A DNA stretch of 64,000 nucleotides from a virus. This document shows positions 57,682 to 64,000 of the stretch, in pieces. The translations under genes were made by a program, and so were the position numbers. The stretch covers positions 6,863 to 70,862 of IMG/VR virus record IMGVR_UViG_3300013113_000285; one strand, given 5' to 3'. How positions within the stretch are numbered: position 1 is the stretch's first letter; every line of letters begins with the position of its first letter. The notes under the pieces were generated by a model. The model was not told where the DNA came from and ran no database searches. It saw only the letters and a program-made list of their open reading frames with translations.

Positions 57682-58458
57682 CTAAGGACAATGCTCGGTG
57701 TTCTTGAATTCACACTTACTGCACGCCAGTTTGTTCTTTATATATTTTCCACTCTGAATGTTATAAAGAGCCCTGTTTAGCAAGTCAATTGCATTACTCA
57801 TCTTTTTCTTTCCACTAGTAACTCGGAATATTTCTACCAAGTCCTTCTTCGCAGTTCTCTTTAGTAAGGCAAAGTGAGTCTCAATATTTTCAAGAGGTAT
57901 TCCATGCTTCTTATTGTAGAAATGTTTATAGTAAGTTAGCTGATATGTTGTCATCGGGTCCGACTTCTTTTGAGTATTCCAGCCCCAAGAGCAAGTTTTC
58001 CAGTCAATGACGTGGTATTTGTTATCTGGAGTTTTGATAACTAAATCAATGAAACCTTTGAAATTGTAATCCTCGAAGTTCTCGATTGATTCATAAATAT
58101 CTTCTTCCGTAGATACAACTTCAAATTCCCCAAAATGAGAACGAAGAGCAGGTACAGCAACAAGAGAGAGACGCTTACCCTGCTCTCTCATTTTCTCTAC
58201 GTCTTTTAGTTTTATGTCTTTGCGAACATCCTCGGGAAGACTTCTTAGTTCTCGCAAGAATGCAGACTCGAACAAGTTCTGTTCGTCAGAGAAAGAAGGG
58301 TCTTCCACTTTAGTCTCGCAGACTTCGTGAAGTGCGGTACCAAATGCAGTATAATGATTTCCTACAAAACCTTTTATCTTATCAACATAAGTTATTTTAT
58401 AGTAATAAGGGCATTGGTTCCAGTTCTTCAATGCTGAAAATGATATGTGTTGTGGCAT
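57682..58458 (-). CDS. PD-(D/E)XK exonuclease, Cas4/AddB-like with Fe-S cysteines
   Basis: SFS...CP, GTALH, GFIDLV, IDWKT, QLTYY and C-terminal CSKC...C. Confidence 0.85.
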   Translation of the reverse strand: MPQHISFSALKNWNQCPYYYKITYVDKIKGFVGNHYTAFGTALHEVCETKVEDPSFSDEQNLFESAFLRELRSLPEDVRKDIKLKDVEKMREQGKRLSLVAVPALRSHFGEFEVVSTEEDIYESIENFEDYNFKGFIDLVIKTPDNKYHVIDWKTCSWGWNTQKKSDPMTTYQLTYYKHFYNKKHGIPLENIETHFALLKRTAKKDLVEIFRVTSGKKKMSNAIDLLNRALYNIQSGKYIKNKLACSKCEFKNTEHCP

Positions 58459-58490
58459 ACTATAGACCTCTCACCTTTAGTTACAGATAT

Positions 58491-58524
58491 ATTATCTCAT
58501 AAAAAAGTGTTTTAGTCAAGTATT
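58491..58524 (-). promoter_or_regulatory. sigma70-type promoter for the nuclease/GT/sigma operon
   Basis: TTGACT-N17-GATAAT with TGn; shares AATACTTGACT with the primase promoter. Confidence 0.6.
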
Positions 58525-58924
58525 ATTCGCTTATTTCTTTCTTCGTGGTAGGTGATTTTCTTCTTGTTCGTGGCTTTCTAGTGGTCTTGCGAGTAGACTG
58601 TTTTGGCTTGACAATCTCTTCTGGTGCTGGTTCCAAATCAGAACCAGCATGACTCAGAGTCAAATCAACTTTCTCCATCTCCTCTGGATTGAAATTCTCA
58701 ATCGCTTCATCTCTAAGAGATTTATTATTTTCTATTTTCTTCACAATATCAAAAACAAAAAACTTATCATTTACTGCTGTTAGCTTTCCAAGTTTGGCAG
58801 AGGAGCCGACTTCTTTTCTGACTTCACTTTCTTCCACTTGGACGCCATTTTTCTTTTTGATATAAACAAAAACTTTGTTTTTAGATTCTATCAAATCAAT
58901 CTTTATTGAAAACTTTTTTCTCAT
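58523..58924 (-). CDS. Hypothetical protein with basic C-terminal tail
   Basis: 133 aa, ends KQSTRKTTRKPRTRRKSPTTKK. Confidence 0.55.
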   Translation of the reverse strand: MRKKFSIKIDLIESKNKVFVYIKKKNGVQVEESEVRKEVGSSAKLGKLTAVNDKFFVFDIVKKIENNKSLRDEAIENFNPEEMEKVDLTLSHAGSDLEPAPEEIVKPKQSTRKTTRKPRTRRKSPTTKKEISE

Positions 58925-59607
58925 TATATTTCTCCTAATTCTGATATTTCTCTCATTTTCTCATACAACTTCGGGCAAATCTGCCTCACATAACCAACGT
59001 CTGCTTGAACGAAGTAATGTTCGAATGCTGTTGCGAAATATTCCGAGACTGAAACAGAAGCATACGGCGTTATAAAGAGACCTGTAGTGTAAGGTATTAC
59101 ATTGTCGTACCCCAGTTGATAGAATAAGAACTCATCAAATAGTTTCGAATACTCTATCTCGTATCTTATTCTATTCGGAACCCTTATATCGTTTGCTGCG
59201 AGTAAGTCAAGAAATCTTTTTTTCTTTCCTAAGTACTCCTTCTCGACCTCATCATCTCCATAGAGTTCATATTCATGAGTCTTTTCTACTGCGTGTGCTA
59301 TCTCGTGCACGATGTCCTCGAATAACTGCTCCTCAGACGGTTGTTTATTCGTAACATAAATACCTCCATCTAAATATGCTGCACGTATGCCACGGTCATT
59401 CAACTCTTTGAATTGACCTACAATGACAGTTTCTACTTCATACATAAGGTGTTGAGGTATTGTATCTTCTATATCCATCAATACCTTAGTCATGTCTATT
59501 TGATTATCTAAGGGGTCTTTTATAAAGACATTGATTGTTCCAAAAAGTGTAAACTCTTTTCTTTCTTTCATAATACTCTTGTGTGAATTTTTGATATAGT
59601 TACTCAT
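58924..59607 (-). CDS. Putative zincin metallopeptidase-fold protein
   Basis: HEIAH plus downstream EYFA motif. Confidence 0.55.
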   Translation of the reverse strand: MSNYIKNSHKSIMKERKEFTLFGTINVFIKDPLDNQIDMTKVLMDIEDTIPQHLMYEVETVIVGQFKELNDRGIRAAYLDGGIYVTNKQPSEEQLFEDIVHEIAHAVEKTHEYELYGDDEVEKEYLGKKKRFLDLLAANDIRVPNRIRYEIEYSKLFDEFLFYQLGYDNVIPYTTGLFITPYASVSVSEYFATAFEHYFVQADVGYVRQICPKLYEKMREISELGEI

Positions 59608-59616
59608 AATGTCTCC

Positions 59617-59645
59617 ATTATAACATACCCCATAGACTTTATTAA
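59617..59645 (-). promoter_or_regulatory. sigma70-type extended -10 promoter
   Basis: TTAATA-N17-TATAAT with TGn, 9 nt before the ATG at 59607. Confidence 0.55.
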
Positions 59646-59646
59646 G

Positions 59647-60984
59647 CTATAAAATCTTAGAGCCAAGGGTGGCGATAGCTGAACGCTCGCCTTTCTTGAG
59701 AGTTATGTGCCCCGTTATCTCGTGTTCTTTCATTTTTTCTACGGCATAAGTCAAACCGTTAGTTCTTTCGTCAATATAGATATTATCGATTTGTTCTACA
59801 TCTCCCGTGAGAATAAGTTTAGTCCCTTCTCCAACACGAGTTACAATAGTCTTGAGTTCGTGCTTTGTAAGATTCTGGGCTTCATCAATAATAATAAAAG
59901 CGTTAGAGATAGAGCGACCACGAATGTAGGTAAGTGCTTCAACTTCTATCTTTCCTATTTCCATGTACTCTTGCAGAGTAACAGAATCATCAACCATTAG
60001 AAACTTTAGGTTGTCTTGAATAGGTTTGAGCCAAGGCTCCATTTTCTCTTCCATGGTTCCTGGTAGGAAGCCAATGTCTTTTCCAAGAGGCTCCACTGGT
60101 CTAGAGACAATGAGTCTTGTGTAGATAGACTTTTGAGTACTCATTGGATGGTCGTCAAGTGTCTGTTGCAAACCTGCTGCGATAGCACATAGAGTTTTAC
60201 CAGAACCAGCCTTTCCAACGAGAGACACAAGAGAGATAGAAGGGTCCATTAGAAGCTCAAGAGCATAGGTCTGCTCCTTGTTTCGAGGTCCGATGCCCCA
60301 AACCTTGCGTTTGTTTGGAATTTTTAAAAGTGGCGTGTTATAATTCTTAAAACGAGCGAGTGCAGACTTCTTTTCATTTATCTCTGAAGTCATTACAAGA
60401 AACTCGTTTCCATTAAGTTCCTCTTCTCCTTCCTCTGGTAAAGGAGCATAAATGTCGTCGCCTGCATAGAACTTATCTATCTCTCTATCTTTCATAACGA
60501 GGTCTCTGTAGCCAGCGTAAATCTCATCAAGAGACTCAATGATTTGGCTTGCCTGATAATCGTCAGTAAGAAGCCCTATAGAATCGCATTTTACTCTAAG
60601 GTTGATATCCCGAGACACAAGCGTGACCTTGCATTCAGGGTTTTCTTTTTTTACAGTAAGTGCCGTTGCGATAATCTGGTTGTCTGGGTCTTTCTTATCC
60701 CAGTCAATTGGAAGAAGTTCTGCATCATAACCTCTTGCTGTTACAATGCCATAACCCTCGCCCATAGAAACGCCCTCGTGGAGAGAACCGAGTTGCCGCA
60801 ACTCGTCAAGCGTTCTAATAATGTTTCTTGCATTTGAGCCAACAGAATCTTGGCGTTTCTTGTGTTTGTCGATTTCCTCTAAAACTTTAAAAGGGATGAT
60901 AATATCATTATCCTCAAACGCTTTCAATGATGAGAAGTCTGTTAAATAAACACTGGTGTCAATAACGTATATTTTCTTTGTCAT
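59647..60984 (-). CDS. phoH: PIN domain - PhoH ATPase fusion (PhoH2/YlaK-like)
   Basis: PIN motifs IDTSV, DNQII, SRDINLR; PhoH motifs GKAGSGKT, IGFLPG, YIRGRS, IDEAQN, GDVEQID. Confidence 0.92.
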   Translation of the reverse strand: MTKKIYVIDTSVYLTDFSSLKAFEDNDIIIPFKVLEEIDKHKKRQDSVGSNARNIIRTLDELRQLGSLHEGVSMGEGYGIVTARGYDAELLPIDWDKKDPDNQIIATALTVKKENPECKVTLVSRDINLRVKCDSIGLLTDDYQASQIIESLDEIYAGYRDLVMKDREIDKFYAGDDIYAPLPEEGEEELNGNEFLVMTSEINEKKSALARFKNYNTPLLKIPNKRKVWGIGPRNKEQTYALELLMDPSISLVSLVGKAGSGKTLCAIAAGLQQTLDDHPMSTQKSIYTRLIVSRPVEPLGKDIGFLPGTMEEKMEPWLKPIQDNLKFLMVDDSVTLQEYMEIGKIEVEALTYIRGRSISNAFIIIDEAQNLTKHELKTIVTRVGEGTKLILTGDVEQIDNIYIDERTNGLTYAVEKMKEHEITGHITLKKGERSAIATLGSKIL

Positions 60985-61003
60985 AGTATTCCTTTCTTAT
61001 CAA

Positions 61004-61044
61004 TAAATAGGTCTTCTACCTTTTTATTCTTTTTCCTCTATTTA
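61004..61044. promoter_or_regulatory. Divergent pair of late-promoter-like motifs
   Basis: TAAATAGG at 61004 (reads CCTATTTA toward phoH) and CTATTTA at 61038 toward the plus-strand protease. Confidence 0.6.
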
Positions 61045-61072
61045 TTTATAGAGCATACAGGAGGGCAATCTT

Positions 61073-61966
61073 ATGATGAAAAAACTTTTTTTACTTATGC
61101 TTATTGCACTTATCGGAGGTTGTACTTCATTTGTAAAGCACCCTACGAATATTAAAAAGTCATTTGTAAGAATAAATAAAACAGTTGAAATAAGCATTTG
61201 TGGTTCAGTTGGAGATAACAAAACCAACGAATGCAAAGAATTGATGAATATGAATTCATCTGGTTCAGGTGCGATTGTATGGAACGAAAGAGAGCTAGGT
61301 AAATCACCGAGAACTCTCGTCCTAACGGCGGACCATATTTGTGTAAATGACGAATATAAATTAGATGACTTCAATCCCGCAGTACATATGCACGTCAGGA
61401 ATGGGATGGGCTTTGTTGGTCCAATCGAAGTTGTAGCTAAAGCAAAGATGTCTGTTACAGATTCTTACGGTAGAAATTTCAAAGTAAAGAAGTTTCCTTG
61501 GGTTAGAAATGTTTCTGCTGATACTTGTATTGTAGAAACATCAATGAACGCTCCCTCACTTCAGGTAGGTGCTCCTCTCAACTATGGAGACAAGGTTGTT
61601 AATATTGCTGCCCCAAAAGGTATTTATCACCCAAGTGTTTCAGGTGGTGGCGTGTATTATACAGAAGGTCTTTATAATGGAGAATTCTTAATGCCTCACA
61701 AAGATGGCGCAAGAGTATTCTCAATGTATAATCTGATAGCCGCTCCAGGCTCTAGTGGCTCTCCTGTATTGAATGCTAACGGAGAGATTGTCGGAATGAT
61801 ACACTCTATCGACTCAAGATACTGTAATTTGATTACTAGCCAGTGTAATAGTCCTGTTAGTTATAGTGCAACTCTCGAACAAGTTAGAAGCACCCTTTTA
61901 GAAGCACTTGCTGCAATCAAAAGAGGTGAGGTTATCGTCTTTGATTACAAAAAAGTAAATCAATGA
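61073..61966 (+). CDS. Exported/lipoprotein trypsin-like serine protease
   Basis: Signal peptide ending LIGGC; SGSG, TADHIC (His), ADTC (Asp), APGSSGSPV (Ser); SD AGGAGG; the only convincing plus-strand gene. Confidence 0.82.
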   Translation: MMKKLFLLMLIALIGGCTSFVKHPTNIKKSFVRINKTVEISICGSVGDNKTNECKELMNMNSSGSGAIVWNERELGKSPRTLVLTADHICVNDEYKLDDFNPAVHMHVRNGMGFVGPIEVVAKAKMSVTDSYGRNFKVKKFPWVRNVSADTCIVETSMNAPSLQVGAPLNYGDKVVNIAAPKGIYHPSVSGGGVYYTEGLYNGEFLMPHKDGARVFSMYNLIAAPGSSGSPVLNANGEIVGMIHSIDSRYCNLITSQCNSPVSYSATLEQVRSTLLEALAAIKRGEVIVFDYKKVNQ

Positions 61967-62475
61967 TTATAAGGGTCTAAATAAGTCTTCCAACATTGGT
62001 CGACACTTTCTACTAAATTAAAAAACATTTTTGGTGATGGCTGAGTCGGTGGGTTTGTAGGGAACATCCCTGCATCTCTCGGTAGTTTATTTGCCTTCTT
62101 TTGATTACATTTCTTACAAGCAGCAACAATGTTTTCCCAAGTCTTTGGTCCGCCTGCCGACTTTGGCGTAACGTGGTCTATGGTAAGGTTGCCTTTCGTA
62201 AAACGCTTGTTGCAATATTGACAGGTGTAGTTGTCTCTTATAAAAAGATTTTTTCTTGTAACCTTGAGACTGACTCTTGCTTTTTTTACATAACGTGAGA
62301 TAACAATGACGGAGGGGACTTGGAACTTCTCTGTGGCTGAGTGGGCGTAAACACCTTCTTTGTACTCAACCACTGAAGCTCTTTCATTCAAAACCATTGT
62401 GATTGCCTCAGTCCAACAAATAACTTGAATAGGTCTATAAGAACTGTCTAGTTTTAAAACTTTCCAATTTTTCAA
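61960..62475 (-). CDS. HNH endonuclease (McrA/HNH_5-like)
   Basis: RDNYTCQYC, TIDHVTPKSAGG, WENIVAACKKCNQKK. Confidence 0.9.
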   Translation of the reverse strand: MKNWKVLKLDSSYRPIQVICWTEAITMVLNERASVVEYKEGVYAHSATEKFQVPSVIVISRYVKKARVSLKVTRKNLFIRDNYTCQYCNKRFTKGNLTIDHVTPKSAGGPKTWENIVAACKKCNQKKANKLPRDAGMFPTNPPTQPSPKMFFNLVESVDQCWKTYLDPYNH

Positions 62476-63587
62476 AACTCGCCTTCGGAAAAGTGTTTCT
62501 GAATTTGCTCTTCTAGAAGTTCAATATATCCATCGACGTTCTTTTTATTATTCGGACTATAGCGCCACATAAGCTCATCGTTTTTTGGTCTGTCTTCTAA
62601 ATAACGCTTCGAGTGTTCGTTGATAGCTTCCTCTAAAGCGTCAGCACCAGCGTGTACGTCGAACTCTGGATAATAATAACCGTGTTCTTTAAATGTATCA
62701 CTATTGTGAATAAAAGGCAAGTTGAAATACATCGCTTCTAATTGGAGGTAGTTCAACTCATTGCACCATTGGTGAGAGATGATGGAACCAGCATAACCCT
62801 TATGCAAAAGGAAGTTGAGAGCCCATCTACCCTCGAAAGACATTTTTTTATCTTTGACTAAATCAAAACGATTACAGTATCTTTGAAAATTTATTTTTTC
62901 TTTTAGCTTTGCAGAACCAATATTGAAAACTTGGTTAACCATCTCTGGATTTCTATTATAAACTTCTTCTGCAATAAGCATTGGAATAAAACACATCTTT
63001 ACCATATAAAGGTTTGATTCCATAATTGCAATGTTTTTTAAATCTACGTGCTCACCAAAGTAAGGATTATAACCTGCACCCATGTAGGACATTGTAATAA
63101 TCTCTGGAGACCAAATATAAGGACAAATACTAACAGGTGCTTTTGCTAAAGTCTGAAGAGCATTCTTGGTTCTTTCAAAGTGAGGAGAGGTCCAGTAGAA
63201 ATCTACTTCTGGCATTGTAAAAGAGTTAACTCCAGCACCACCATAAATCATTGTACCCATGTCAATAAGAATTTTATTTCCATATTCACAAGAACCTACA
63301 ATTCCTTTTTTACCTTTTAGAATTTTTCTACAAGTATCTGAAAGAGAGTTAGCACACTGGATAATAATATCATAATCTTGAATAGTCAGAGTATCTAACT
63401 TCTTAAGTTCTACTCCTAATAATTTCTTTCCATAGTGCTTATCAGATTCTGAGACAAGATGTATATCATATCCTACACCTTTTAGTAATCTATATAGAAA
63501 CCAGACGTTTGATTTCAATCCATTCCCAAATAGATTCTCTTCGCATTGTGCGGTAATTCCAATTTTAATATGTTTACTTATTTTCAA
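62472..63587 (-). CDS. DUF2827-like putative glycosyltransferase
   Basis: KIGIT...LFGNGLKSN, PYIWSP, ESNLYMVK.CFIPMLIAE, IISHQWCNELNYLQLE, IHNS, GYYY. Confidence 0.65.
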   Translation of the reverse strand: MKISKHIKIGITAQCEENLFGNGLKSNVWFLYRLLKGVGYDIHLVSESDKHYGKKLLGVELKKLDTLTIQDYDIIIQCANSLSDTCRKILKGKKGIVGSCEYGNKILIDMGTMIYGGAGVNSFTMPEVDFYWTSPHFERTKNALQTLAKAPVSICPYIWSPEIITMSYMGAGYNPYFGEHVDLKNIAIMESNLYMVKMCFIPMLIAEEVYNRNPEMVNQVFNIGSAKLKEKINFQRYCNRFDLVKDKKMSFEGRWALNFLLHKGYAGSIISHQWCNELNYLQLEAMYFNLPFIHNSDTFKEHGYYYPEFDVHAGADALEEAINEHSKRYLEDRPKNDELMWRYSPNNKKNVDGYIELLEEQIQKHFSEGEF

Positions 63588-63613
63588 GTTATCGCCCTCA
63601 CTAAAACTATTAG

Positions 63614-63620
63614 TAAATAG
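63614..63620 (-). promoter_or_regulatory. Late-promoter-like motif CTATTTA
   Basis: 27 nt upstream of the TTG start at 63587. Confidence 0.5.
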
Positions 63621-63765
63621 AGGGCTAAGTGGGAAATAGAAGAACTTGTTAATGTATTAGACTTATATAACTCAGACTCAGATTAGAATTTTTTTATACT
63701 AGAATTACTTTGACTTGTATTTGTATTAGGTTACTTATATATAATATATGCGGAAATAAGTCTTG

Positions 63766-64000
63766 TTAAGTCTTTTTTTTGAAATAATGAAAAAGACCAT
63801 AATTTCTAAGGGTTTCCCGAAGGTTGGAATATTTGATTCCAAGGAATCTTGCAGCATCTCGTCGGGTGGCAGTTCCAGAAATTGCAGCCTTGAGAACTGC
63901 ATCCTTGATTATCATTGGTAAGTTTTTCCAAATAGGAAGACCATACATCTTCCCATCCATTTCTCTTGTGGCGAGTTCTAGCTTCAAAGCAATGACTTCT
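63766..64000 (-). CDS. Partial protein with C-terminal Fis-type HTH (start outside window)
   Basis: Frame stays open to the window edge (EVIALKLEL...); ends TRRDAARFLGIKYSNLRETLRNYGL. Confidence 0.55.
   Translation of the reverse strand, partial: EVIALKLELATREMDGKMYGLPIWKNLPMIIKDAVLKAAISGTATRRDAARFLGIKYSNLRETLRNYGLFHYFKKKT

Noticed and set aside
57682-58458. Cas4-like nuclease as evidence for a CRISPR-Cas system
   Set aside because: No array or other cas genes; stand-alone Cas4/AddB-like nucleases are common in phages
61042-61374. 110-aa minus-strand ORF
   Set aside because: Antisense to the well-supported serine protease; no recognisable features
61960-62475. HNH gene as an intron-encoded or mobile homing element
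   Set aside because: Does not interrupt a gene, is coupled to the upstream gene by a 4-nt overlap, and no intron structure is evident
1-64000. tRNA/rRNA genes, diversity-generating retroelement, integrase or transposase
   Set aside because: Intergenic gaps are short with no cloverleaf seen by eye; no reverse transcriptase, recombinase or TR/VR pair recognised. tRNAscan/Infernal were not run.

Overview
A densely coded 64-kb segment of a large T4-like (myovirus-type) dsDNA phage genome. It uses the standard genetic code and almost every gene is on the minus strand. In transcription order (right to left) it contains: (1) an accessory/early block with a Fis-like HTH protein, a DUF2827-like and two GT4 glycosyltransferases, an HNH nuclease, a lone plus-strand trypsin-like protease, PIN-PhoH, an HExxH protein, a Cas4/AddB-like nuclease and a gp55-like sigma factor; (2) a baseplate/tail block with an OB+amidase spike candidate, gp25, gp6, a 3850-aa LamG-rich wedge-like protein and paralogous structural genes; (3) a RuvC-like resolvase, a primase and a fused Mre11-Rad50; (4) a holin/spanin-like cassette; (5) the head module with TerL, portal, prohead protease, a divergent ribosomal protein bS21, two paralogous SLETRLSSEE-repeat fibres and the start of a probable scaffold gene. 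The most notable non-coding signals are a strand-oriented late-promoter-like motif (CTATTTA/CTAATTA) at about 11 gene starts, three sigma70-type promoters before non-structural genes, and RNA hairpins that occlude Shine-Dalgarno sequences. The clearest such hairpin sits at the holin, where the late motif is placed so that a late transcript would lose the inhibitory arm. Together with the phage bS21 and strong SD usage, this suggests a layered transcription/translation switch for late genes. I saw no tRNA, rRNA, CRISPR array, integrase or transposase. All product calls come from motif recognition by eye; no database search was run.
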